NCBI GenBank assembly: GCA_964016885.1
Contig: OZ024747.1
Coordinates: 57,412,001 to 57,476,000 of the forward strand
From: Eledone cirrhosa
Taxonomy: Eukaryota
Reading direction: 5' to 3'
Length of the DNA: 64,000 bases
Shown: positions 26,732-40,545 of the stretch, one piece after another
How the letters are laid out: every line of letters begins with the position of its first letter
Position numbering within the stretch: position 1 is the first letter of the stretch
Notes under the pieces: model-generated
What the model saw: only the letters and a program-made list of their open reading frames with translations
The model's database searches: none
Told to the model about the DNA's origin: nothing
Position numbers and translations under genes: made by a program

Positions 26732-26950
26732 ATTTTTATACAAATGTATATTAGATAGTTAGATGATAGATAAAGAATATAAATAGATAAAATAGATTAG
26801 ATATTTTATCTATGTAGATATATCCGAAGTTGGTAGAGCACTCAGTCCATACATGGGTTGAAAATCCCTCCCATAAAACACTTGTTTGCTAATTTGTTGT
26901 GGAACTACTCACTCAAACACACACACTCTCTCTCTCCATCTATCTATCTT

Positions 26951-26981
<31 letters not shown>

Positions 26982-27163
26982 CATCATCATCACCGTTTAG
27001 AGTCCATTTTTCCATGCTTGCATGGGTTAGACGGGTCGTCCATGCAGGGCAGCAACTCAGGCCAGAGTTGGCTATGCTGCACCTTGCTCCGACAAGGACT
27101 GTAAATTTGGCCAGGAATTTTACAGCTGGATGCCCTTGCTAACACCAACCACATTTGCGACAT

Positions 27164-27233
<70 letters not shown>

Positions 27234-27239
27234 TTAGTT

Positions 27240-27522
27240 AAATAATATAGATGGATTAGATAGATAGATAGAATGATAGATAGATAAATAGATAGATAGA
27301 TAGAATGATAAATAGATGGATAAATAGATAGATAGATAGAATGATAGATAGATAGAATGATAGATAGAATGATAGATAGAATGATAGATAGAATGATAGA
27401 TAGATAGATAGATAGATGGATAGATAGATGGATAAATAGATAGATAGATAGAATGATAGATAGAATGATTGATAGATAGATAGATAGATAGAATGATAGA
27501 TTGATAGAAAGGTAGATAGAAT
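27240..27522. repeat. (GATA)n compound microsatellite
   Basis: Directly visible. Confidence 0.95.
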
Positions 27523-27613
27523 GAGAAACAGGAAAGTAACCATAGGTGTGTGCTGAAAAATGAAGCCGTTTCCAGTTTGACACAATACTTACCTTTTACC
27601 ATCTGTGTTTCAG

Positions 27614-27677
27614 ACTATTAGCTGATGTTAACAAGACAAGCAATGTTGTATATAAACCAACAGCTGACATAGAACTG
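27614..27677 (+). CDS. Putative 64-nt exon (LLADVNKTSNVVYKPTADIEL)
   Basis: Acceptor CTTTTACCATCTGTGTTTCAG, donor CTG|GTAAGT, open frame, phase 2 in and phase 0 out. Confidence 0.5.
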
Positions 27678-28179
27678 GTAAGTTACAGACACTGTATCTC
27701 ATTCAAGTCACTTATTTGGGTCGGGTTCAAGGGTGGCATTGATTTTATGAGTGTGTTATCTTTACAGATTAATATTTGGCTTGGGTTTGACATTGGCTTT
27801 GATTTCCTGAGTGTTTTCTTTACTGGTTAGGGCAATTGATAGGCTTTCCTTCTTCCCTTCTCTTCCGCTGCTTTGTGTCCACACAGAGTTTGCTAAATGA
27901 TGGTGGAGAGCTTGTTACTATTTTTGTTGTTGGTGGTAGTGATTAATTTCTGATGAATCCCTCACCCAACAAACCTGGGATCTAGGATATGTCAGCCATG
28001 ATCAGCCAATATTTTAGTCAGACAGTAAATATAGACTACACTAACCAATTTTTTTTTTATTTTTTTTTTGTAAAGATACTAAGGTGTGATTTGAGGGAGA
28101 TTTGGCTGCTATTTATATGAGGATAAGTGATCTCATAGCTGCTTCTTTCTTTCCTTTTAAAGAAAATATTTAGAGGAGC

Positions 28180-28282
28180 TGAGTATCTGATGGTGGTACC
28201 CCATCTGAATACTAACTAGGCTCAATGTTACCTTAAATGTGGTAGTTAAATGAGAACTAATACTTTTAGTATTATATGGCTT
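28180..28282 (-). pseudogene. Degenerate 5S rRNA-derived sequence
   Basis: + strand CCCATCTGAATACTAACTAGGCTC...TGAGAAC...TATGGC aligns by eye with the reverse complement of 5S rRNA (CCCATCCAAGTACTAACCAGGCCC...CGAGATC...TATGGC). Confidence 0.5.
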
Positions 28283-29150
28283 TAAGCAAGGTGGAACCGT
28301 GTTTACTTGAGGTGTCGCTCTTTATATGTGTTTGTTTATACAGCTGTGTGTGTAAGTATATATGTAGTGTGTATATCAGACTCGCATCTCCTTCATAGGG
28401 TGCTCTATGGTCAGCTACATCATGTTCATTGTCTGGCGAGAGGACTAAAAAAGTGGTTTTAAGACAAAAATCACCCAGCCCACACTGTAAAGTAATTGTT
28501 TAGGTGTCACGATGGAAAGCACCCAGTACTCACTGTAAATGTGGTTGGTGTAAGGAAGGGCATCCAGCCATAGAAACGAAGCCAGAAACAGTTCTATATC
28601 AGCAAGACATGGTACCTGACCTGACTTGCCTGAAACAGGACAACCTGTCTAACCCATGTTAGCATGAAAAATGGCCATTAAACGATGATGATGATGATGT
28701 TGTTGAAGATGATGATGATGATGATGAGGACAAAGCAGTAGACCACTTTGAAGAGTAGTAACATCAGGCTTAAATTATTCATATTATATGTTTATTAGAC
28801 ATGAGAGTATTGAAAATGCCTTCATAAACATCTCTATTATGAACCACGCTATGTTAGTGTTACTGTTCATATATATAAACAACCAAAGTATGTTAATTGT
28901 ACATTTAATAGATCGACATATGTTTCACCAAGCTAAATAAGAAAATTCTCATTAAACCTAGCTCATGCTTCTCACTATTTTCACACTTTCAATAGACATA
29001 TGCATGCATATATATATATAGTTTCGTTGACAAATATATCAATGTGCCTTTGGTATGACAGTGTGGTTTTAGCTCAATGTAGGATAACTGGTATACTACA
29101 GAGCCGTTATAGGTTTAGGAATAACCAAAGAGTGCTTAGAAATACATTGT

Positions 29151-29203
29151 TTTATTAGCTAACAGTGTTTCATCCATACTCTAAGGCAGGAATCATCAGA
29201 GCC
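29151..29203 (-). ncRNA. Minimal hammerhead motif in a roughly 210-bp insert between (TA)n runs
   Basis: - strand GGCT-CTGATGA-TTCCTGCCTTAGAGTATGGAT-GAAA-CACTG-TT-AGCT-AATAAA. Confidence 0.65.
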
Positions 29204-29909
29204 TATAAACAAGAGTATATCAATATTGCATATATATATATATATATCATCATCATCATCATCATCATCATCGTTTAACGTCCGTGTTCCATGCTTGCAT
29301 GGGTTTGGACGGGAGTTTTCTCACTTGAGGCAAGAGTGGTTGTCTTGCTCGCATAGGACTGTCTGGCGGGTTTTCTACAGTTGGATGCCCTTCCTAACAC
29401 CAGCCACATTTACAGTGTGGGGCTGGGAGGTTTTTACCGTGTTACCTACACGGCCACATTACAGCATGGACTGTCTGGCAGGTTTTCTACAGCTGGATGC
29501 CCTTCCTAACACCAACCACATTTACAGTGTGCATATTTCTATTAAAAGTTTGAGAACAGTGAGAAGCATGTATTTATACCAAATATCTCTACAAAACTGG
29601 TCATACTGCTGCTACATTTGGTGCTGTCATTCTTAATGTACCAAAACAGTCAAGCTCTTCTCAGTTTTTCACAGTTATCGGCTTCTTTGTCTCGCTGACT
29701 TTATCAAAAGGAAAAAAATAAACATACAAAAACACATTTGTATATACATACAAAACATACATACATACATACATACACACATACACATGCATTCCCAAAT
29801 ATATGCCATATACATACATTCACACATATGTCCAACCCTTGCCAGTAGGGAAATTGGGCAGTAAATGATGATGGTGATAATGATGATGATATGTTCACAT
29901 ATACATGCA

Positions 29910-29943
<34 letters not shown>

Positions 29944-30162
29944 CATACATACATATACACATAGACACACACACACACTGGTGAATAAAGCAAGACCAGC
30001 CATTTCAAAGTGAACCACAGCTGTATCTATCTAGAAGATCCTCACTACTACTACAAACATCAAACAATTTGGCACAAATAGGTTTTTTTGGAAAAATATT
30101 CTAAATGATTCCTTCCTCTTATCACTCTTTACTTTCTATTTATCTTCTATTTCTAACTCTCT

Positions 30163-30198
30163 GTTCTGATGAAGAACTAGTGGCCAAAACGTTAAGAC
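30163..30198 (+). ncRNA. Degenerate hammerhead remnant
   Basis: GTT-CTGATGA-AGAACTAGTGGCC-AAAA-CGTTA-AGAC: GAAA is mutated and stem II is lost; lies upstream of a (TA)n run. Confidence 0.35.
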
Positions 30199-30281
30199 TC
30201 TCTTCCTGCTATTTCAAGCATTAAACTAATATATTTCTTCCATGTACTGTGCCATTTGTTTTGTTATTTCTGTTTACCTTT

Positions 30282-30322
<41 letters not shown>

Positions 30323-30382
30323 ATAAGTATTATAGGTTATCGAATCACTATGCTATTTGAAAGTTGTCAAAATGCAGGAATC

Positions 30383-30704
30383 CCAAATGCAAATAATTGT
30401 AACAACAGTTAATTGCTATAAATTATAACGTACAAAATCAGATAGAATATCCCTAGAGATGAAGAAAAGCTTACACCCAACTTTCGGCTGCAACATATTC
30501 AGTAAAGCTACCTAAATTTGTTAGGATTAGTTGTCAGTCACCCTTTAGCTTAATGGTAAAAGCACTCGGCCTGAATATGAGAGATACAGAGTTCAATTCT
30601 CTGCAGCAGCTGCTGGCCACATTTTTCTGTCACTAGGGCATTTTATATGAATTTCTAAGTTATTGTTTATTGAGATCAACAGTTGTTACAGTTACTGCAT
30701 TTGG
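30383..30704. mobile_element. Inverted-repeat element enclosing a tRNA-like segment
   Basis: CCAAATGC..TAATTGTAACAAC pairs with GTTGTTACAGTTA..GCATTTGG, and CCCTAG pairs with CTAGGG. Internal TAGCTTAATGGTAAAAGC...GAGTTCAATTCTC at 30541-30610. Confidence 0.6.
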
Positions 30705-31589
30705 AAATAGCACATTTTCAAAATGCACCACTCTCTATGTTGTATCTAACAATGAGTGCAAGCCCTGTTAAATCCCTGAACCCTGCCTAGGCCAGGTTCA
30801 TATCTATCAAATCCTTCCTCACAGTCCTCGGCCAGGTTTTGACATGTCTGCCCTACACTCTCACCTTCTCACCCTCTTGGCTTCTACTCAAGTAAAGCTA
30901 TGATTGCTCTCTTTGTGGCTGAATATCTTCAGCCATCTTACAGTGAAGGGATTCAGTAGATTACTCAGCATAATCTTTTCTATACCTTCTTCATTCCTGA
31001 TGTGGTTTTGCCATGAAATCCTAAGGTAGAGTTCTAAGGTTGTATAGGAAACTCATCTGTTAAGTGTGTGGGGGTGGACCTGTTTCCATGTCTTTCAGGA
31101 ATTAATCACTTAATTTATAGCATAGATAGTTATGTTTCATTGATATGTAATTATCTAATTTTGTAGACCTGTCCAATTCATTCTGTCATAGAAAATAATA
31201 AGAATAACAAGCAGATATCCATTGAAAGAGTAAACAATGTCTTTATACAAATAAAGATCTTCCAATTTTTACTGTTTTGTTGAGAGTGAATGAAACTAAT
31301 TTACCTGTAGATCTAGCTTTGAACAATACAGGTGAGTGAGTGTTTTAGATTACAGAAGTAGTTGAGGTTAACAACTATTATATACTTTGGAATCATGATT
31401 CAAGAAATTAAAGTAGTTGATTTTGAGAGCTCTTCAGATTTCTGTCTCATTCCACTTCACTTAATTAAAAGACTCTTTACCATTTCAAACAAAATGTATC
31501 CTCACTTGAGTTCTACAGTCAATAACTCCTTTCATATTTCAACTAAAAGTTTTCAACTGTTTTTCATTACTGCATCTTTTACATTATGA

Positions 31590-34500
31590 AACATCTTTGA
31601 AGAATACGCTGTTGATCTGTGGCTAACACCTTCACAGAATTTTGTCTCTGAAGAATACACTGTTGATATGTGGCTAATGCCTTCACAGAATTTTGTCTCT
31701 GAAGAATACACTGTTGATATGTGGCTAATGCCTTCACAGAATTTTGTCTCTGAAGAATACACTGTTGATATGTGGCTAATGCCTTCACAGAATTTTGTCT
31801 CTGAAGAATACACTGTTGATCTGTGGCTAACACCTTCACAGAATTTTGTCTCTGAAGAATACACTGTTGATATGTGGTTAATGCTTCACAGAATTTTGTC
31901 TCTGAAGAATACACTGTTGATATGTGGTTAATGCTTCACAGAATTTTGTCTCTGAAGAATACACTGTTGATATGTGGCTAATGCCTTCACAGAATTTTGT
32001 CTGAAGAATACACTGTTGATATGTGGCTAATGCCTTCACAGAATTTTGTCTCTGAAGAATACACTGTTGATATGTGGCTAATGCCTTCACAGAATTTTGT
32101 CTCTGAAGAATACACTGTTGATATGTGGTTAATGCTTCACAGAATTTTGTCTCTGAAGAATACACTGTTGATATGTGGTTAATGCTTCAGAGAATTTTGT
32201 CTCTGAAGAATACACTGTTGATATGTGGTTAATGCTTCACAGAATTTTGTCCCTGAAGAATACACTGTTGATATGTGGCTAATGCCTTCACAGAATTTTG
32301 TCTCTGAAGAATACACTGTTGATATGTGGTTAATGCTTCACAGAATTTTGTCTCTGAAGAATACACTGTTGATATGTGGCTAATGCCTTCACAGAATTTT
32401 GTCTCTGAAGAATACACTGTTGATATGTGGTTAATGCTTCACAGAATTTTGTCTCTGAAGAATACACTGTTGATATGTGGCTAATGCCTTCACAGAATTT
32501 TGTCTCTGAAGAATACACTGTTGATATGTGGCTAATGCCTTCACAGAATTTTGTCTCTGAAGAATACACTGTTGATATGTGGCTAATGCCTTCACAGAAT
32601 TTTGTCTCTGAAGAATACACTGTTGATATGTGGCTAATGCCTTCACAGAATTTTGTCTGAAGAATACACTGTTGATATGTGGTTAATGCCTTCACAGAAT
32701 TTTGTCTCTGAAGAATACACTGTTGATATGTGGTTAATGCTTCACAGAATTTTGTCTCTGAAGAATACACTGTTGATATGTGGTTAATGCTTCACAGAAT
32801 TTTGTCTCTGAAGAATACACTGTTGATATGTGGTTAATGCTTCACAGAATTTTGTCTCTGAAGAATACACTGTTGATATGTGGTTAATGCTTCACAGAAT
32901 TTTGTCTCTGAAGAATACACTGTTGATATGTGGCTAATGCTTCACAGAATTTTGTCTCTGAAGAATACACTGTTGATATGTGGTTAATGCTTCACAGAAT
33001 TTTTTCTCTGAAGAATACACTGTTGATATGTGGTTAATGCTTCACAGAATTTTGTCTCTGAAGAATACACTGTTGATATGTGGCTAATGCCTTCACAGAA
33101 TTTTGTCTCTGAAGAATATACTGTTGATATGTGGTTAATGCTTCACAGAATTTTGTCTCTGAAGAATACACTGTTAATATGTGGCTAATGCCTTCACAGA
33201 ATTTTGTCTCTGAAGAATACACTGTTGATATGTGGTTAATGCTTCACAGAATTTTGTCTCTGAAGAATACACTGTTGATATGTGGCTAATGCCTTCACAG
33301 AATTTTGTCTCTGAAGAATACACTGTTGATATGTGGCTAATGCCTTCACAGAATTTTGTCTCTGAAGAATACACTGTTGATATGTGGCTAATGCCTTCAC
33401 AGAATTTTGTCTCTGAAGAATACACTGTTGATATGTGGCTAATGCCTTCACAGAATTTTGTCTCTGAAGAATACACTGTTGATATGTGGCTAATGCCTTC
33501 ACAGAATTTTGTCTCTGAAGAATACACTGTTGATATGTGGCTAATGCCTTGACAGAATTTTGTCTCTGAAGAATACACTGTTGATATGTGGCTAATGCCT
33601 TCACAGAATTTTGTCTCTGAAGAATACACTGTTGATATGTGGCTAATGCCTTCACAGAATTTTGTCTCTGAAGAATACACTGTTGATATGTGGCTAATGC
33701 CTTCACAGAATTTTGTCTCTGAAGAATACACTGTTGATATGTGGCTAATGCCTTCACAGAATTTTGTCTCTGAAGAATACACTGTTGATATGTGGCTAAT
33801 GCCTTCACAGAATTTTGTCTCTGAAGAATACACTGTTGATATGTGGCTAATGGCTACACAGAATTTTGTCTCTGAAGAATACATTGTTGATATGTGGCTA
33901 ATGCCTTCACAGAATTTTGTCTCTGAAGAATACACTGTTGATATGTGGCTAATGCCTTCACAGAATTTTGTCTCTGAAGAATACACTGTTGATATGTGGC
34001 TAATGCCTTCACAGAATTTTGTCTCTGAAGAATACACTGTTGATATGTGGCTAATGCCTTCACAGAATTTTGTCTCTGAAGAATACACTGTTGATATGTG
34101 GCTAATGCCTTCACAGAATTTTGTCTCTGAAGAATACACTGTTGATATGTGGCTAATGCCTTCACAGAATTTTGTCTCTGAAGAATACACTGTTGATATG
34201 TGGCTAATGCCTTCACAGAATTTTGTCTCTGAAGAATACACTGTTGATATGTGGCTAATGCCTTCACAGAATTTTGTCTCTGAAGAATACACTGTTGATA
34301 TGTGGCTAATGCCTTCACAGAATTTTGTCTCTGAAGAATACGCTGTTGATATGTGGTTAATGCTTCACAGAATTTTGTCTCTGAAGAATACACTGTTGAT
34401 ATGTGGTTAATGCTTCACAGAATTTTGTCTGAAGAATACACTGTTGATATGTGGTTAATGCCTTCACAGAATTTTGTCTCTGAAGAATACACTGTTGATA

Positions 34501-36958
34501 TGTGGCTAATGCCTTCACAGAATTTTGTCTCTGAAGAATACACTGTTGATATGTGGCTAATGCCTACACAGAATTTTGTCTCTGAAGAATACATTGTTGA
34601 TATGTGGCTAATGCCTTCACAGAATTTTGTCTCTGAAGAATACACTGTTGATATGTGGCTAATGCCTTCACAGAATTTTGTCTCTGAAGAATACACTGTT
34701 GATATGTGGCTAATGCCTTCACAGAATTTTGTCTCTGAAGAATACACTGTTGATATGTGGCTAATGCCTTCACAGAATTTTGTCTCTGAAGAATACACTG
34801 TTGATATGTGGCTAATGCCTTCACAGAATTTTGTCTCTGAAGAATACACTGTTGATATGTGGCTAATGCCTTCACAGAATTTTGTCTCTGAAGAATACAC
34901 TGTTGATATGTGGCTAATGCCTTCACAGAATTTTGTCTCTGAAGAATACACTGTTGATATGTGGCTAATGCCTTCACAGAATTTTGTCTCTGAAGAATAC
35001 ACTGTTGATATGTGGTTAATGCCTTCACAGAATTTTGTCTCTGAAGAATACACTGTTGATATGTGGCTAATGCCTTCACAGAATTTTGTCTCTGAAGAAT
35101 ACACTGTTGATATGTGGCTAATGCCTTCACAGAATTTTGTCTCTGAAGAATACGCTGTTGATATGTGGTTAATGCTTCACAGAATTTTGTCTCTGAAGAA
35201 TACACTGTTGATATGTGGTTAATGCTTCACAGAATTTTGTCTGAAGAATACACTGTTGATATGTGGTTAATGCCTTCACAGAATTTTGTCTCTGAAGAAT
35301 ACACTGTTGATATGTGGCTAACACCTTCACAGAATTTTGTCTCTGAAGAATACACTGTTGATATGTGGCTAATGCCTTCACAGAATTTTGTCTCTGAAGA
35401 ATACACTGTTGATATGTGGCTAATGCCTTCACAGAATTTTGTCTCTGAAGAATACACTGTTGATATGTGGCTAATGCCTTCACAGAATTTTGTCTGAAGA
35501 ATACACTGTTGATATGTGGTTAATGCCTTCACAGAATTTTGTCTCTGAAGAATACACTGTTGATATGTGGCTAACACCTTCACAGAATTTTGTCTCTGAA
35601 GAATACACTGTTGATATGTGGCTAATGCCTTCACAGAATTTTGTCTCTGAAGAATACACTGTTGATATGTGGCTAATGCCTTCACAGAATTTTGTCTGAA
35701 GAATACACTGTTGATATGTGGCTAATGCCTTCACAGAATTTTGTCTGAAGAATACACTGTTGATATGTGGTTAATGCCTTCACAGAATTTTGTCTCTGAA
35801 GAATACACTGTTGATATGTGGCTAACACCTTCACAGAATTTTGTCTCTGAAGAATACACTGTTGATATGTGGCTAATGCCTTCACAGAATTTTGTCTCTG
35901 AAGAATACACTGTTAATTTGTGGCTAATGCCTTCACAGAATTTTGTCTCTGAAGAATACACTGTTGATATGTGGCTAATGCCTTCACAGAATTTTGTCTC
36001 TGAAGAATACACTGTTGATATGTGGCTAATGCCTTCACAGAATTTTGTCTGAAGAATACACTGTTGATATGTGGTTAATGCCTTCACAGAATTTTGTCTG
36101 AAGAATACACTGTTGATATGTGGCTAATGCCTTCACAGAATTTTGTCTGAAGAATACACTGTTGATATGTGGTTAATGCCTTCACAGAATTTTGTCTCTG
36201 AAGAATACACTGTTGATATGTGGTTAATGCTTCACAGAATTTTGTCTCTGAAGAATACACTGTTGATATGTGGCTAATGCCTTCACAGAATTTTGTCTCT
36301 GAAGAATACACTGTTGATATGTGGTTAATGCCTTCACAGAATTTTGTCTCTGAAGAATACACTGTTGATATGTGGTTAATGCCTTCACAGAATTTTGTCT
36401 CTGAAGAATACACTGTTGATATGTGGCTAATGCCTTCACAGAATTTTGTCTCTGAAGAATACACTGTTGATATGTGGCTAATGCCTTCACAGAATTTTGT
36501 CTCTGAAGAATACACTGTTGATATGTGGTTAATGCCTTCACAGAATTTTGTCTCTGAAGAATACACTGTTGATATGTGGCTAATGCCTTCACAGAATGTT
36601 GTCTCTGAAGAATACACTGTTGATATGTGGCTAATGCCTTCACAGAATTTTGTCTCTGAAGAATACACTGTTGATATGTGGCTAATGCCTTCACAGAATT
36701 TTGTCTCTGAAGAATACACTGTTGATATGTGGCTAACACCTTCACAGAATTTTGTCTCTGAAGAATACACTGTTGATATGTGGCTAATGCCTTCACAGAA
36801 TTTTGTCTCTGAAGAATACGCTGTTGATCTGTGGCTAATGCCTTCACAGAATTTTGTCTCTGAAGAATACACTGTTGATATGTGGCTAATGCCTTCACAG
36901 AATTTTGTCTCTGAAGAATACACTGTTGATATGTGGTTAATGCCTTCACAGAATTTTG
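31590..36958. repeat. 51-bp satellite array, about 105 copies
   Basis: Unit GAAGAATACACTGTTGATATGTGGCTAATGCCTTCACAGAATTTTGTCTCT, with 50- and 49-bp variants. Confidence 0.98.
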
Positions 36959-38162
36959 GCACCATTTTGACAATGGCGACAGACATTGACACTCCACTGG
37001 CTGCAGTGATATAGCTAGTGGTATGGGTTCAAATTCTGTCGCATACTCAAATGTTTTGTCTATTCACTTAAGTATTCAAATGAATAATGGTGCCGTAATG
37101 TAGTCACTTGATCTTCTAGAAATAGCAGACAAATTTCTCTCAAATCACACACTATTATTTTTTAAAGGGAAACCTAACTGAATGAAAACAAGGGAACCTT
37201 AATGTGTCTAATGACCATGCTAGAAGTTGTAGTTACATATCTCTCAAATTATATTGTAACATCTTATAAAACAGAAATCCAATAGTGACCTTCCCCCACA
37301 CCCATTAATGAATTAGAACCACTTCCCACTGAACAACCACAGTGATCTTGACCTTCCTCCTCTTCTACTGAACCACAACAACTACAGTGACCCCCACTCC
37401 CCACCTACTGAACCACAACTACAGTGATCTTGACCACTTCCCCCACTACTGTTTTTTTTTTTGTTACTGTTTAGTCATGAAGTCATGGTCAGTCCCCCAA
37501 ATTCTTTTCTGGGCCTTCGAAACTTTGGGAAGAAAGGCAGAAGTTATCCTCATGTAAGAGACCTGACCTGGAAGTTTACAAGAGAGTGGACTATACGAAA
37601 GATACCTAAGGGCCAGGTGGTGGTGTTAAACTGAACAACAGATTAACTCTACCACACAAATTATATATAGCACTGAACCAGGGTGAATAAAGTTGTGGGC
37701 TGCGTTGACTGGGTACTTCCACAACAACACCCTACTGTGAATCAGTGAAAGTACTGGGGTTCATGATCATGAATTGTGAGTTTGATTCTTGAATTGGGCA
37801 GCATATTATGTTCTTGAGCAAGACTCTTTATCTCATGTTACTCCAGTCCTCGAATTGGACAGCACATTATGTTCTTGAGCAAGACTCTTTATTTCATGTT
37901 ACTCCAGTCCATTTAGTTGGAAAAAAATGTGTTGTAGTGGTAATTCAAAGCTCCAGCTTAATCACTCAGTGTATTTTGCTGAATCTCCCTGAGAGTTATT
38001 TTAAAGTTACACATGTCTGTGGAATGCTTAGACATATACACATTCATTTCATTAACAGGCAAGTCCAACTTAGTTACCCAGGGTATCTATATATATCTAT
38101 ATATATCTATATATATCTATATATATCTATATATATCTATATATATATATATATATATATAT

Positions 38163-38366
38163 ATAGGAACGAGTAGGACCCCGACGGCTGAGCTCAAGCC
38201 ATTTCGACGGCTAATTCTGGACTAAATTTAGTCCAGAATTAGCCGTCGAAACGGCTTGAGCTCAACCATCGGGGTCCTACTCGTTCCTATTACCAACTCT
38301 ACTACCCTAAGTATTGAGTACTTTGGTGCGTTATGGTCCACCTGGTTCCTTACCACATTTCCTTCG

Positions 38367-38368
<2 letters not shown>
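38163..38368. mobile_element. 128-bp palindrome plus one-sided tail between (TA)n runs
   Basis: 38163-38290 is self-complementary about ACTAAA|TTTAGT with a few mismatches; the tail contains GTATTGAGTAC. Confidence 0.75.
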
Positions 38369-38403
<35 letters not shown>

Positions 38404-38568
38404 AGAAAACGAAAAGTCGGTGATGCATCTGAACTCAATTTATTGTGTGTTACAATTGTTTCGCCGGCGGACAGCTCGAGATGCGATCCTTGTGTGGATC
38501 TGTCTGATTCTGGACCCGCAGGTTCAACGGACACGTCTAATGATTTCGGAGCATATTCTCTCAAGGCC

Positions 38569-38608
<40 letters not shown>

Positions 38609-40470
38609 AAAAGGTAAACAGAAATAACAACACAATATATATATATATAAAAATACACCTTGTTTTATAGCTCCATTTGCAGATGTTGGCAATACTATTA
38701 TTGCCAGCTCAGCTCAGATGTGGGAATTGAAGTGTGAAGAAAAACGACAGAACATGGCAGTTCTATCCCTTGCAGGGTTTACAGTAAATGCACAGTGAAT
38801 TTGAAAGGTGCAATGAAGTAAAATAACAATCTACCCTGTTGTTCACTACCAACATCATACCATCCACCCAGCCATCCTGTAAAGTCTTGGCAAATAACAT
38901 ACCTCACTTCCTTTCTCAACTGCATCTCTGCCAATCCTAGGAATTATCTGAGGAAGTTTCTGCAGATATTTCCGAACCTTTCAACACAATGGCACCAATT
39001 ATAGACATTTGGGGCTGGGTGTGTTTGTTATTTTTTTTAATGTTCTATGTTGGATTTTTTTTTTTTTTGTTAATTAAATTGAGTTCTTACATTCTTTTGT
39101 ATATAAATTTTTGTTTGATTTGCTTTTTTTCATCAATTATGGACATTTTTAGATGTTATTTTTTTAATGTTATAATGTGTATTTTTATAGAATATTTTAA
39201 ATTAAATTATTTGTTTAAAGAGTTCTTTCTTTGGGACATAATTTTGTTTTGTTTTATACGCTTTTTCTTTTGTTGTGTATTTATTTCTTTATTATCATTA
39301 TTATTATTATTATTATTATTATTCAATGTTTGTTAATACTTATTCCGACTTCAGTGTGTTCCCAACTCCCAAACAAGCTCACTGTTTCTTCAGATCATTA
39401 AAGTAAAGATAATGAAGGTATTTTAGTTGCAGAATCAGATAATTTAGCTGAAGTAAATGAATGAATGAACAGAGTGAGATGTTGCTGAATAAGTTCCATT
39501 TAGAACTCTTTAATTCTTTGATTACCCCTTCACTTTCTGTTGCTGTAAAAAATAGTGACCACCACCACTAGCAGCACACACACGCACACAGGCTCGGCTG
39601 CACACATACATCCTTTCACTTGAAATTCACATTTTAATCTTCCAATAATTTTCTGCTGCCATCTCATACTCTCTCTCTCTGTTTGTGTGTGTGTATATAT
39701 ATATATATGCAAGCATGGAGAAGTGGACATAAAAACGATGATATATATATATATATATATACATATATATTAATTAAATGTTAATTAGTCACTAATATGT
39801 GTTAGTGTATGTGTGTGTAGTAAAACCATTGGTGTATGTGAAAAAAAATGAAAAAGGAAAATAGTGCTCAGTCTGGGCGAGAGCTTATATACTATATTAA
39901 TTATTTATGTTCATACATGGAATAAAATGCACTACCTTAGGTTTCAAGGTCCAATGATGGTCCTCTCCCAAATTGTGCATGATGTTGCAGAATGGATGGG
40001 GAGGTAATCAGATTATGCATGGTGATGCAAAATGGCAGCTGAGGTGATCAGATTTGTGATTTAGTCATTAGGTGCTAGGACAAGTTTGAAAATACCATTA
40101 TGTGAAAGGTTCCTTTATGAAATATTTATTTATTTACTTTTGTACTACAACAAAGGGAACTAACTGATGATGTAAAATTGAAATGTATGTTTAGATCTGT
40201 GTGTTCGGTGTCATAAGAATATTATATAGAAATTTGTATTCAGTTGTGGTGGTGTGTGTTCAGTATAGCAAATGTGTGCTGTTATGTCATAGTATATAAT
40301 ACAGAGATTATTATTTAAGTGTTAGAGTTAAGTAGTATAGAAGGTGTATGGTGTTATGTAAAAGTTATTTAGAAAGTATAAAAATCAATGTCAAGATTGT
40401 TGAAGATCTGGTGAATTCATTGAGTGTTTTCACTTAGCAAGGAGTTGGCCCTTGTGATGTAGACATCCTT

Positions 40471-40545
40471 TAACCTTTAGCATTTAAACTGGCTGTATTC
40501 GACCAGAATTCTCTCACTTCTTTCTGTTCAAACCAGCCGTAACAA
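40471..40545 (+). mobile_element. Partial TTAA-type MITE end
   Basis: TAACCTTTAGCATTTAAACTGGCTGTATTCGACCAGAATTCTCTCAC, same family as 41398. Confidence 0.7.

Noticed and set aside
31311-31331. 21-nt + strand micro-exon (also a short candidate ending at 44703)
   Set aside because: Donors look good, but the segments are too short to distinguish from chance without transcript data.
31590-36958. CRISPR array, tandem hammerhead array (unit contains CTGAAGA) or repeat protein
   Set aside because: There are no unique spacers and no cas genes. No GAAA follows the CTGAAGA and no consistent stems form. Frequent 1-2 bp indels break the frames.
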